DNA of 64,000 nt, taken from the NCBI GenBank assembly GCA_001778235.1, contig MFGJ01000008.1, forward strand, positions 129,148 through 193,147, read 5' to 3'. How positions within the stretch are numbered: the first letter of the stretch is position 1; every line of letters begins with the position of its first letter. The translations under genes were made by a program, and so were the position numbers. The notes under the pieces are model-generated. The model worked only from the letters and a program-made list of their open reading frames with translations. It was not told the DNA's origin and ran no database searches. Of the stretch, positions 40,645-50,572 are shown in pieces. This DNA is from Candidatus Falkowbacteria bacterium RIFOXYC2_FULL_36_12 (GTDB taxonomy: Bacteria; Patescibacteriota; Patescibacteriia; UBA11705).

Positions 40645-41232
40645 ATGGACTACCCGATCACGCTTGATGATATCAATTGGGATATAGATTTCCGAGTATG
40701 CGTCCCGATGTTAGAAATACGAACAGCTCATCTTTTCAACAAACTACTAGCATTTGCCAAATCACGATATTCATTTGACAGCTTCCAAATCAAAGAATTC
40801 GCTGATTTTATCCGTGGATACCCCTTTATTCTAAGAGATTTCATAGAAGCTTCCCTTGTTGAACAAAATGAAGACGAAAGCTATTCATTCACCCACTGTT
40901 TTGTCGCGACCTGTTTCCTCGTGGCACCTGCTTGCAACCAAACCAATCACCAACCACATAGAAAAACAAACTTGCCAGACTCACTTGAACAAACCTTTGA
41001 TCTATGTCATCAACTGTTGACAGATCTTCCAGCAAATTCAGACACCAGATTAGTCCAAAGACATCTTCGCTCAATTCGAGCAATCATCCAAGATATTACC
41101 CATTGGTACTCGCAAGGAAAAGAACAACACCTGCGTGATCTCAATGCTTGGGACAGATTTATTTGTCTTGAGACAATTATCGGACAACTCGGCTCATTTT
41201 GCTCGACTCACCTTCGTAATCCAAAACAATAA
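40645..41232 (+). CDS. Hypothetical protein (unit D, gene 4)
   Basis: ATG at 40645 after AGGAG; N-terminal half is paralogous to gene 3, plus a helical C-terminal domain. Confidence 0.7.
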   Translation: MDYPITLDDINWDIDFRVCVPMLEIRTAHLFNKLLAFAKSRYSFDSFQIKEFADFIRGYPFILRDFIEASLVEQNEDESYSFTHCFVATCFLVAPACNQTNHQPHRKTNLPDSLEQTFDLCHQLLTDLPANSDTRLVQRHLRSIRAIIQDITHWYSQGKEQHLRDLNAWDRFICLETIIGQLGSFCSTHLRNPKQ

Positions 41233-41403
41233 TCAAAACGACTTCTAATCAAGCCGTTTATTTATTTGCAAAATATTTATTTCATGATAAATTATCCATT
41301 CATGATACAATATAATTAACATCAATAGACTCTTAGGAGCGTAGCGCTGTGAGAATCTACATTTCCCCCTATACTCTCATCTAATCCCTCTTACACTTCT
41401 ATT

Positions 41404-43440
41404 ATGAACTTCAAATTACACTCAAACTACAAACCAGCCGGAGACCAACCTCAAGCCATTGATGGTCTTGTTTCAGGTATTGAAAAAAACTTTAGCAAGC
41501 AAACCCTACTTGGAGTTACTGGCTCTGGTAAAACCTTTACCATTGCTAATGTTATTGAAAAAATCCAACTTCCAACTCTTGTGATTGCTCACAACAAAAC
41601 TCTGGCAGCCCAACTGTGCAATGAATTTCGTGAATTTTTCCCAGACAATGCAGTTGAATATTTTGTCAGCTACTATGATTATTACCAACCTGAAGCCTAT
41701 CTCCCCAATTCAGATACCTACATTGAAAAAGAAGCTCAAATCAACCAAGAAATTGATCGACTTCGTCATGCCTGCACCCAAGCATTAATTACCCGCAAAG
41801 ATGTAATCATTGTTGCCTCTGTTTCAGCTATTTATGGTCTTGGTTCACCTGATGAATATGAAAAAGTTGTTATTGAATTCAAACAAGGTCAAAAATTAAA
41901 TCGCCGACAGCTGATGGAACAACTGGTAAACATGCAATACACCCGAACTGGGGTTGAACTCCGTCGCGGTTTATTTCGCATGACCGGTCAAGTATTTGAA
42001 GTCATGCCAATCAATGAAGAAACTATTTATCGTTTTGAAATATCTGACAAAATTGACAAAATCGAAAAAATTGAACCCATCACCAGAAAATTTATTGAAG
42101 AAATAAAAAATGCTTGGCTTTTTCCAGCTAAACATTATGTTTTGAATGAAGACCTCAAACAAGACGGGATTACAAAAATTAAAACCGAACTTAAACAACA
42201 ATTAGCTAAATTTAAAAAACAAGACAAACTTCTTGAACACGAAAGATTAAAACAAAAAACTCGCTATGATATTGAAATGATTGAAAATATTGGTTACTGC
42301 AATGGTATAGAAAATTATTCCCGACATTTTGATGGCCGATCTGCTGGGCAACCACCATATACGCTTCTTGATTATTTTAAATATGGAACAAGAAAATTTC
42401 TGACCGTAATCGACGAATCTCATGTTACAATCCCGCAAATTCGCGCTATGTATAATGGAGATAAAGCCAGAAAAGACTCCTTAATAAATTTTGGGTTTAG
42501 AATGCCTAGCGCTCGGGACAATCGACCACTAACCTATGATGAATTTAATGCTAAAACCGATTTTACAATTTATACTACAGCTACTCCAAATGATTATGAA
42601 TTAAATAATTCAAAACAAATTGTTGAACAAATAGTTCGACCGACCGGACTTGTTGATCCTGCAGTCATTATTCGTCCAATCACTGAATCAAAAAATCACC
42701 CCTCACAAATTCAGGATTTAATTTCAGAAATTGACAAACAAATTAAGAAAAAAGAACGAACATTAGTTACCACCTTAACCAAGAAAATGGCCGAGGATCT
42801 TTCCGACTATCTAAAAGCCAAAAATATCAAAGTCTCTTATCTTCATAGTGACATTGATACCTTGGAAAGAATTGAAATTTTAACTGAACTGCGTAAAGGT
42901 AGCATTGATGTTCTAATTGGTGTAAATCTTCTCCGTGAAGGACTAGATATCCCTGAAGTTTCCCTGGTCGCCATTCTGGATGCTGACAAAGAAGGTTTTC
43001 TCCGAAGTGAAACCAGCTTGATACAAACAATTGGACGAGCAGCCCGAAATGCTAATGGCCGAGTAATTCTCTATGCTGATCAAATAACTGGTTCAATCAA
43101 AAATGCTCTTAGTGAAACTGATCGTCGCCGAAAAAAACAACTAGCCTACAATAAAAAAAATAACATTACTCCAAAAACCATTGAAAAAAATATTCGTAAT
43201 ATTCTTGAAGAATTTGGTTTGACCGTAAATAAAAATAAAAAAAATAAAAATGGTAAAAAACAAATTGATAAAATTCTTCAGCTTGAACTAAAAAATGATA
43301 CAAGACCGATTGAAAAAATTATTGCAGAAAAAGAAACAGCTATGCGTCAAGCAGCCAAAGATTTGGAATTTGAGTTAGCATCAATTTTACGAGATGAGAT
43401 TAAACAACTAAATAAAAAAAGATCAAAAAGAAAAAAATAA
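41404..43440 (+). CDS. uvrB: Excinuclease ABC subunit B
   Basis: GVTGSGKT, YYDYYQPEAY, DESH, QTIGRAARN, C-terminal UVR motif. Confidence 0.98.
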   Translation: MNFKLHSNYKPAGDQPQAIDGLVSGIEKNFSKQTLLGVTGSGKTFTIANVIEKIQLPTLVIAHNKTLAAQLCNEFREFFPDNAVEYFVSYYDYYQPEAYLPNSDTYIEKEAQINQEIDRLRHACTQALITRKDVIIVASVSAIYGLGSPDEYEKVVIEFKQGQKLNRRQLMEQLVNMQYTRTGVELRRGLFRMTGQVFEVMPINEETIYRFEISDKIDKIEKIEPITRKFIEEIKNAWLFPAKHYVLNEDLKQDGITKIKTELKQQLAKFKKQDKLLEHERLKQKTRYDIEMIENIGYCNGIENYSRHFDGRSAGQPPYTLLDYFKYGTRKFLTVIDESHVTIPQIRAMYNGDKARKDSLINFGFRMPSARDNRPLTYDEFNAKTDFTIYTTATPNDYELNNSKQIVEQIVRPTGLVDPAVIIRPITESKNHPSQIQDLISEIDKQIKKKERTLVTTLTKKMAEDLSDYLKAKNIKVSYLHSDIDTLERIEILTELRKGSIDVLIGVNLLREGLDIPEVSLVAILDADKEGFLRSETSLIQTIGRAARNANGRVILYADQITGSIKNALSETDRRRKKQLAYNKKNNITPKTIEKNIRNILEEFGLTVNKNKKNKNGKKQIDKILQLELKNDTRPIEKIIAEKETAMRQAAKDLEFELASILRDEIKQLNKKRSKRKK

Positions 43441-43448
43441 CACAGAAC

Positions 43449-43474
43449 AAAAATCGACTTACCAGTCGATTTTT
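43449..43474. terminator. Bidirectional terminator between uvrB and unit E
   Basis: AAAAATCGACT-TACC-AGTCGATTTTT. Confidence 0.75.
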
Positions 43475-43530
43475 AAATAAAAAAATGACACTTTTATGTC
43501 AAATTTTGAATAATATTTCTTTATTATCTA

Positions 43531-44049
43531 TCAGTTTTCTTCAATCTGTCTCAAAGATTCTCGACGATCTTCTTCAAACTGTTTTAGTGAAAATTCACTT
43601 TGCTTATACGCACCATTGAAAACCGGTCGAATTTTCAGAGTTGGCACAGACAAACACACCAGAAAATGCCAATAAAAAGTTAAAATCTTCTGCCTTAACT
43701 CACTGACACAACTGTGTTTCCAGTTATCTTCGCCAACATCATCACCAAAAACATACCAAATCAAATCCGATTCATCCAAAGAATTTTCACCAACATATTG
43801 ATCGAGCAACTGTTCACATTGAAACCTCCAACTTTCTACTCTATCAAAGAATTCATTCACCCATGTGATAAAATCAACTGAAACTAGCTTTACTCCAGAC
43901 AGAAACGGCACCTCATCTCGAATTGCCTGCAACAGAGGACCGACCTTCCAAACTCTATAAAGAATAACTTCAAATTCCAATACTACTAACTGATCTTTTG
44001 GCAATCTTTTTAAAGACTTCACACTTTGAAGTATTGTCCAGTATTGCAT
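43531..44049 (-). CDS. Hypothetical protein (orphan unit E)
   Basis: ATG at 44049 after AAGGAG. Confidence 0.65.
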   Translation of the reverse strand: MQYWTILQSVKSLKRLPKDQLVVLEFEVILYRVWKVGPLLQAIRDEVPFLSGVKLVSVDFITWVNEFFDRVESWRFQCEQLLDQYVGENSLDESDLIWYVFGDDVGEDNWKHSCVSELRQKILTFYWHFLVCLSVPTLKIRPVFNGAYKQSEFSLKQFEEDRRESLRQIEEN

Positions 44050-44065
44050 CGTTTCTCCTTTGCGG

Positions 44066-44125
44066 GTGCCAAAGAACAATTAGCTAAACCAATAAAAGTA
44101 TACACTATTACCAAAGATTTGTCAA
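44066..44125 (-). promoter_or_regulatory. Unit E promoter plus boxA-like motif
   Basis: TTGACA-N17-TATACT, then TGTTCTTTGGCAC (44078-44066). Confidence 0.7.
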
Positions 44126-44149
44126 GCTTAAGCTAAATATACACAATTA

Positions 44150-44178
44150 TTGACAATTCAGACAAAAATTCATATAGT
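44150..44178 (+). promoter_or_regulatory. Sigma70 promoter for uvrA
   Basis: TTGACA-N17-TATAGT, followed by a leader hairpin at about 44210-44235. Confidence 0.6.
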
Positions 44179-44316
44179 TAATATTAGACAACCCAAATAT
44201 GCTTGAATACCCTCTAGAAACTTTTTCTAGCGGGGATATTGTAATCTACAAACACACAAAAACTATAATCTAACAACTTACAACTAAAACCTAATTACTA
44301 TCAACTCAAACCAAAT

Positions 44317-46899
44317 ATGCAAGACAAAATAATCATCACTGGCGCCAAAGAGCACAATCTAAAAAATATAAACCTAGAAATCCCCAGAAATAAAATGATA
44401 GTTTTCACAGGTTTGTCTGGTTCTGGCAAATCCAGTCTAGCTTTTGATACTATTTTTGCCGAAGGCCAAAGACGCTATATTGAAAGTCTGTCAGCTTATG
44501 CTAGACAATTTCTTGGTGGACTGCAAAAACCCAATGTTGATGAAATTACCGGACTTTCACCCGCCATTTCCATTGACCAAAAAGCTCACAGCGCCAATCC
44601 CCGATCAACCGTTGCTACCATTACTGAAATTTATGACTATCTCCGAATTTTATTTGCCAAAATCGGTACACCCTATTGCCCAATTTGCCAAACAAAATTG
44701 GATAAAACCACTACTCAAGAAATGACCGAAACAATTTTAACGAAAATAACCAAATTTAAAAATAATCAAGACAATGAATTAAAAATTTTCGCTCCAATTG
44801 TTCGCGGACGCAAAGGAGAATATCATCAATTACTCTATGATATTTATAATTCTGGATTTCTCGAAGCCCGAATTGATAACAAAATCTACAAACTAAAAAA
44901 TCGCATTGATCTTTCCCGCTACCAAAAACACACCATTGAAATTGTTATTGATAAAGCCTGGGTTGATGAATTTTTACTTCAAGAATTCAAAAAAGGCACA
45001 GAGCAACGACTGGCTGAAGCCATAGAAAAAGCCGTTGATCTGTCCAATGGACTTTGCACTGTTATTTATCCTGATTTATCTGAAGAAACTTTTTCTACTG
45101 AATTTACTTGCCCCAAAGACGGTTATAGCTTTCCTGAAATCGAACCTCGTCTTTTTAGTTTCAACAGTCCCTATGGCTACTGTGAATTTTGCACTGGACT
45201 TGGAACTAAAGAATTGTTCAGTACTGAACCATGCCCTGTCTGTGAGGGCAAAAGATTAAACAACAATGCTCTTCATGTCAAAATTGACAATAAAAATATT
45301 TGGCAGATTACCAATCTATCAGTCAAAGATGCCAATCAATTTTTCAACCAACTAAAACAAAAACTAACCAACCAACAGAACGAAATTGCTGAATTAGTTA
45401 TCAATGAAATAAACAATCGCCTGCAATTTATGTTCGATGTTGGTCTACATTATTTAACTCTAAATAGAAAATCAGGTACTCTCTCCGGTGGCGAAGCCCA
45501 GAGAATTAGATTAGCATCACAAGTTGGACAACGATTAGTCGGAGCACTTTATGTTCTTGATGAACCAACAATTGGTCTGCATCAAAAAGACAACGAACAG
45601 CTAGTCAATACCCTGCGCAATCTTTGTGATATTGGCAATACTATTATTGTTGTTGAACATGATGAAGACACAATTCTTTCTAGTGATTGGGTGGTTGATA
45701 TTGGCCCTGGTGCTGGTAAACATGGCGGTGAAATAGTTTTTTCAGGACCTTTAGACAATTTATTGAATAGTAAAAAAATTCTTGAACAAGTATCCTTAAA
45801 CTGCCAGACTGCGGGTCAAGCAAAAAATTCTTTAACCGGTAAATATCTCCGATCTGAAGAAACCATTCCCACACCAAAACAATACCGAAAAGTCGACAAA
45901 AAAACTCCGACAATAAAAATTATCGGAGCATCACAGCACAATCTTAAAAACATTGATGTTGAAATTCCTCTACGCCGGCTTGTTTGTCTTACTGGTGTTT
46001 CTGGCTCTGGAAAATCAACACTAATGAATGATATTCTCTATCGCGCAGTTCAAAATAAATTATTTCGCACCAGAAAAAAAGTCGGCGAGCATAAATCAAT
46101 CAGCGGAACAGAAACTTTAGACAAAATAATTCGCATTGATCAAGGTCCGATTGGCCGTTCACCTCGTTCAAACCCAGCAACCTATACCTGTTCATGGACA
46201 TTTATTCGTGAATTATATTCAGCCACACCTGAAGCCAAAATCAGAGGCTACAAACCAGGTAGATTTAGTTTCAATCGTCCAGGTGGCCGTTGTGAAGCCT
46301 GTGAAGGTCGTGGTGTAAAAGAAATTGAAATGCATTTTCTACCTAGTGTAGAAGTTATTTGTGAAATTTGCCACGGCAAAAGATTTAACAAAGAAACCCT
46401 ACAAGTTCACTACAAAGGCAAGGATATTTCTGAAGTTTTAGACATGACAATTGAAGACGCTGAAATTTTTTTCCGCGATATCCCAATTATTTATTCAAAA
46501 TTAAAAATATTAAATGAAGTTGGCTTGGATTATTTAACACTTGGCCAATCAGCTAAAACTCTTTCCGGAGGAGAAGCTCAAAGAACAAAACTAAGCAAAG
46601 AACTTGCCCGAAAAAGTACAACCCAAACACTTTATCTCTTGGATGAACCAACAACTGGCCTGCATTATGCTGATGTAAAAAAACTACTTGAAGTACTTCA
46701 GAGACTGACCAGCCAAGGCAACACCGTCATGATTATCGAACACAATCTTGATGTTATTAAAAATGCTGACTGGGTAATTGATCTCGGACCAGGCGGAGGC
46801 GAAGAAGGCGGTCATCTTGTTGCCATGGGAACACCAGAAGACATCGCCAGAAAGTCAGCTAGTTTTACCGGAAAATATCTCAAACCATATCTAAAATAA
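44317..46899 (+). CDS. uvrA: Excinuclease ABC subunit A (compact)
   Basis: Two GxSGSGKS Walker A motifs, two LSGGEAQR signatures, zinc fingers. Confidence 0.98.
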   Translation: MQDKIIITGAKEHNLKNINLEIPRNKMIVFTGLSGSGKSSLAFDTIFAEGQRRYIESLSAYARQFLGGLQKPNVDEITGLSPAISIDQKAHSANPRSTVATITEIYDYLRILFAKIGTPYCPICQTKLDKTTTQEMTETILTKITKFKNNQDNELKIFAPIVRGRKGEYHQLLYDIYNSGFLEARIDNKIYKLKNRIDLSRYQKHTIEIVIDKAWVDEFLLQEFKKGTEQRLAEAIEKAVDLSNGLCTVIYPDLSEETFSTEFTCPKDGYSFPEIEPRLFSFNSPYGYCEFCTGLGTKELFSTEPCPVCEGKRLNNNALHVKIDNKNIWQITNLSVKDANQFFNQLKQKLTNQQNEIAELVINEINNRLQFMFDVGLHYLTLNRKSGTLSGGEAQRIRLASQVGQRLVGALYVLDEPTIGLHQKDNEQLVNTLRNLCDIGNTIIVVEHDEDTILSSDWVVDIGPGAGKHGGEIVFSGPLDNLLNSKKILEQVSLNCQTAGQAKNSLTGKYLRSEETIPTPKQYRKVDKKTPTIKIIGASQHNLKNIDVEIPLRRLVCLTGVSGSGKSTLMNDILYRAVQNKLFRTRKKVGEHKSISGTETLDKIIRIDQGPIGRSPRSNPATYTCSWTFIRELYSATPEAKIRGYKPGRFSFNRPGGRCEACEGRGVKEIEMHFLPSVEVICEICHGKRFNKETLQVHYKGKDISEVLDMTIEDAEIFFRDIPIIYSKLKILNEVGLDYLTLGQSAKTLSGGEAQRTKLSKELARKSTTQTLYLLDEPTTGLHYADVKKLLEVLQRLTSQGNTVMIIEHNLDVIKNADWVIDLGPGGGEEGGHLVAMGTPEDIARKSASFTGKYLKPYLK

Positions 46900-46905
46900 T
46901 CTTCC

Positions 46906-46940
46906 AAGCAGGTGGTATTTGAGAATATCACCTGCTTTAA
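46906..46940 (+). terminator. Terminator after uvrA
   Basis: AAGCAGGTGGTATT-TGAG-AATATCACCTGCTT. Confidence 0.7.
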
Positions 46941-46995
46941 TTATACTTTTTTAATGTAATTTTTCATCTTATTTCACCTAATTTTAGCCCAATCA

Positions 46996-47050
46996 TTGAC
47001 ATTTTTATCAAAATATGCTATAATTCATTGTTAGGCCTGTACCTTCAATG
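46996..47050 (+). promoter_or_regulatory. Unit F promoter plus boxA-like motif
   Basis: Perfect TTGACA-N14-TGc-TATAAT, then TGTACCTTCAATG (47038-47050). Confidence 0.75.
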
Positions 47051-47084
47051 GTCCAATCTGGACCCGAAACGAGAGGAGACTCCC

Positions 47085-47780
47085 ATGGGAATCACCCTGC
47101 TCCAGCGCATCATCAACCCCAGAGCCAAGGGGACAGTGGATGATCCGGAAGAAATTTGGCCAGAGAAGTTCAACAACAACCCCAGAGCACTGATCGCCAT
47201 CTGGAACTTCATTCCGAAAGTCAACCATGACTGCCCGCTGTGGCAGGCGGTCATCGCCATCTTCAAGGAACTCGAAAAGTTCGACATTGAAGACAACTAC
47301 TGCCCCACCATCGAGGTCTACAACGGTCAGGACCAGAAACCCCAAGTCCTGATCATGGTGGACCGCCCTATCACCACCGGCTACATCGCCAAAACCCAGG
47401 TCTACGGTCCGGCGGATGAACTGATCGCGATCTACAACTCTCTCATCATCTTCACCATCGACATACACAGGAGTCGCTGCTGGCGTAGCCGGTCATGGAT
47501 CACTGCCTGGCTCTGCGCCCTCGGCTTCACAGAGGACGAGGCACACATGCTGGCTTCGGACAGAGATTTCCACCTGAACACCACCGCCTGCTACTTCCTC
47601 ACCCGCCTCGGCCTCCAACTCGGCCACGATGTCGAGGAATGCCTCGAACTTGCGAAGCAAATCAAACGCGAAGCCGATGTGGACGCGATCATCGAACTAC
47701 TGCTCGAAGACCGCTCACTCGGCCTCGACGACGCCGTCGCCCTGGCCTGTCCGATCCCCCGCCCGATCACCCACACCTGA
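47085..47780 (+). CDS. Hypothetical protein, GC-rich (orphan unit F)
   Basis: ATG at 47085 after GAGGAG; C/G-ending codons dominate; terminator hairpin at about 47812-47839. Confidence 0.75.
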   Translation: MGITLLQRIINPRAKGTVDDPEEIWPEKFNNNPRALIAIWNFIPKVNHDCPLWQAVIAIFKELEKFDIEDNYCPTIEVYNGQDQKPQVLIMVDRPITTGYIAKTQVYGPADELIAIYNSLIIFTIDIHRSRCWRSRSWITAWLCALGFTEDEAHMLASDRDFHLNTTACYFLTRLGLQLGHDVEECLELAKQIKREADVDAIIELLLEDRSLGLDDAVALACPIPRPITHT

Positions 47781-47931
47781 AATCCACCAACAACAAGTAA
47801 ACAACAACAACAAACCGACTCATAAAAGTGAGCGGTTTTCAGTTTAAATTTTATTCAGTTATAATATAATTATCAATTAAATTTTATCCTTATGCTAAAA
47901 ATTGACTGGACAAATAAAAATTTATTCAACA

Positions 47932-48325
47932 CCACAAACACGATAAGCCTCGGGGCTTGTCTGCCGTAATCTTGATGAAGGCAGGTCTGGGGGGATTCTT
48001 AACATCAAAAAGCACGCCATAGACTTGATCAAGGGTACCACGCAGAGCGTAATCAATCACTTAATCTCAAAAAAACTTGCTTTAACAAAACTTATCACCT
48101 ACTTTATATATTAAATTCCACAAACACGGCAAGCATCGGGTCTTGCCTGCCGTAATCTTGATGAAGGCAGGTCTGGGTGAACAAGCGCGTCATCAAAACC
48201 ACGAACTTGATCAAAACAATTCGCATTTGTTCACCCAGTGGTTTTTGCATACTTTTTGCCATCAAAAAGTATGACGCGAAGCGTAATCAATCACTTATTC
48301 TCAAAATAACTTACTTTAGCAAAAC
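47932..48325. repeat. Two imperfect direct copies of a structured non-coding element (MITE/REP-like)
   Basis: Copies at 47932-48091 and 48118-48325; identical 31-bp core CTGCCGTAATCTTGATGAAGGCAGGTCTGGG and shared GCGTAATCAATCACTTA. Confidence 0.85.
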
Positions 48326-48465
48326 AACAACTTACATTTAGATTACACTAGTGATCACTACATTCATTTGTTTCGCCTTTAAACCTATATATCAGCTGTC
48401 GCTGTTGGTTTATGTTTAAAACAAAAAAATCTTCACTTAGTTTAGCAAAGATAAATTAGTTTTGA

Positions 48466-48672
48466 TTATTCACCATTCTGCTTCGGAGCACGCCGATTGC
48501 AGGGCATCAGACGACGAGTCAAATTACTCGGCCTCTCACACTGATTTCTGAATGTCAAATCAGGGTTAAAATTTCTTGGTGTTCCATCATTCTGATCCAA
48601 AATCCTCTTATGTTCCTGAAAAACTTCATCCGAATTGAAGGTCGTAGGAAAAGGATTGAACAAGTTCGGCAT
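48466..48672 (-). CDS. Small hypothetical protein (orphan unit I)
   Basis: ATG after GGAGGG; perfect promoter TTGACA(48748-48743)-N14-TGa-TATAAT(48725-48720). Confidence 0.55.
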   Translation of the reverse strand: MPNLFNPFPTTFNSDEVFQEHKRILDQNDGTPRNFNPDLTFRNQCERPSNLTRRLMPCNRRAPKQNGE

Positions 48673-48741
48673 GATTTCCCTCCGTCTGGGTTGGTCTCGA
48701 ACAACTTGACAATAACAAGATTATATCATATTAATCATACT

Positions 48742-49998
48742 ATGTCAACAGTAAACTCAAAAATAAAACAATTACTGAAAAAACTCCCTTCTACACCCGG
48801 AATATACTTTTTTTATAATAGCCAAAAACAAATAATCTATATTGGCAAAGCCACCAACCTTCATACTCGAGTAAAAAGCTATTTTCAAGCTAAAAAAACT
48901 GATCGTCCAATTGAAACCATGATTTCTAAAATTAATAATATAAAATTCCTCCAAACCGACTCTGTGCTTGAAGCAATTATATTAGAAGCCCAACAGATAA
49001 AAAAACTGCAACCGATTTATAATGTCTTAGGCAAAGACAATAAAAGCTGGATCTATATTGTAATCACCAATCACCAATATCCACGAGTTGAAACAATCAG
49101 AGAACATGAGCTAAATCAATTATCTGAAATAACCAAGAAAAAAGTCTACAACAAAATCTTTGGTCCATTTCCAAATTTACGAACAAAAGACACCATAAGA
49201 ATTCTGCAAAAACTTTTCTCTATTTCCTTTTGTCATCCTGATCAGAAAAAAGCCTGTTTTTATCGTCAACTAAATCAATGCTTGGGAGTTTGCACCAATG
49301 AAATTTCCGACAAGGACTATAAAAGTAAAGTTATTAATCCTTTAATTCAATTTTTATCTGGAAAAAAATCTTCAGTCATTCAAAAATTGAAAAAACAAAT
49401 GTTTCAAACTTCAAAAGCTGAAAATTTCGAAGAAGCTGGTCGAATACGCAACCAAATCAATAACTTAAAACATATCCAGGATGTGACGCTAATAGATGAA
49501 AAATTTTTCCAATCATATCGTGCAGACTCCAATCAACATTTATTTAAAATTGAAGGTTATGATATTTCCAATCTAGGATCAACTGGAAAAGTTGGCAGTC
49601 TTGTTGTCTTCGATCAATCAGGTCCGATCAAATCTGAATATAAAAAATTCAAAATCAAAACTGTCAGCGGTCAAAGCGATGTTGATTGTCTAGCTGAAAT
49701 ATTTGAACGCCGATTAAAACATCAAAATTGGACTTTGCCAGATTATTTTTTGGTTGATGGTGGCAAACCACAATTAAACAAAATTAAAAAAATCCTTATT
49801 TCTAAGAACATTGATATTCCTATTATTGGAATTGCCAAGGGTCAAGAACGAAAAAAAAATGAATTCCATCTCACCACTAGAAATCAATCCATTCTCGATT
49901 TCATAAAGCAAAACAGCAAACTTTTGATCCAAGTCAGAGATGAAGCCCACAGATTTGCTATCAGCTACCAACGCAAATTAAGAAAAATAAAGAAATAA
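48742..49998 (+). CDS. uvrC: Excinuclease ABC subunit C (short; no C-terminal HhH2)
   Basis: PGIY..YIGKA GIY-YIG domain, UVR motif, IEGYDISN, VDGGKPQ, RDEAHRFA; ATG at 48742. Confidence 0.92.
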   Translation: MSTVNSKIKQLLKKLPSTPGIYFFYNSQKQIIYIGKATNLHTRVKSYFQAKKTDRPIETMISKINNIKFLQTDSVLEAIILEAQQIKKLQPIYNVLGKDNKSWIYIVITNHQYPRVETIREHELNQLSEITKKKVYNKIFGPFPNLRTKDTIRILQKLFSISFCHPDQKKACFYRQLNQCLGVCTNEISDKDYKSKVINPLIQFLSGKKSSVIQKLKKQMFQTSKAENFEEAGRIRNQINNLKHIQDVTLIDEKFFQSYRADSNQHLFKIEGYDISNLGSTGKVGSLVVFDQSGPIKSEYKKFKIKTVSGQSDVDCLAEIFERRLKHQNWTLPDYFLVDGGKPQLNKIKKILISKNIDIPIIGIAKGQERKKNEFHLTTRNQSILDFIKQNSKLLIQVRDEAHRFAISYQRKLRKIKK

Positions 49999-50008
49999 CC
50001 ACATATGG

Positions 50009-50572
50009 TTATTTCTTTTGATTTATTGGATTATGTTTTATATAAATTCTAATTTGGTCTAATGATTCATCGTTGCGAATTATGTGATCATAATATTGTT
50101 TCTGCCAAAATTGGACACCAATGGAATTATTCAATTTATTAATTTTTCGTGCGGAAAATGTTTTGAACCCGCGGATTATCTCACACAATTTGTATTTTTT
50201 ATCATAAACATTATTTGTAGGTGACGGTTTGAAACCGTCACCTACCGTTTCATCATCAATTAATTGCGGGTTCAAACCGTCACCTATCGATTCATCATCA
50301 ATCAATTGAATAATGCCATGCACATGGTCGGGCATAATAATAAATTCGTCCAAAACACAATTTTTATAATGATTTGGTAGATCATACCAACAATCTCTAA
50401 CAATTTTTCCTAATTCATTTAATAACATTTCATTATTTTCCACCGTACCTAGACAACAAAACCTGTTCTTTACACAAATTGTTATAAAATAAAAACCAGG
50501 ACTCGAATAATCCCAATTTTTTAATCTAAAAATCCCCTTATATTTCCCCCTATATAATTCCTTCTCATTCAT
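50009..50572 (-). mobile_element. REP-associated tyrosine transposase (RAYT / IS200-like Y1 HUH)
   Basis: RLKNWDYSSPGFYFITIC, MPDHVHGI (HUH), FWQKQYYDHIIR, YIKHNP. Confidence 0.88.
50217..50245. repeat. GTAG-type REP palindrome inside the RAYT gene
   Basis: GTAGGTGACGGTTT-G-AAACCGTCACCTAC; a partial second copy lies 42 bp away. Confidence 0.85.

Noticed and set aside
47031-47847. Additional overlapping ORFs on both strands in the GC-rich gene, and the many short antisense ORFs over the ribosomal, aaRS, uvr and nrd genes
   Set aside because: Shadow ORFs expected from codon bias; they lack an RBS or promoter and any recognisable motif.
47932-48325. Mini-CRISPR array (31-bp identical repeat)
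   Set aside because: Only two copies 186 bp apart, and the similarity extends well beyond the core.
41233-48741. Shared LexA/SOS box upstream of uvrB, uvrA and uvrC
   Set aside because: No common palindrome was recognisable by eye in the three upstream regions.
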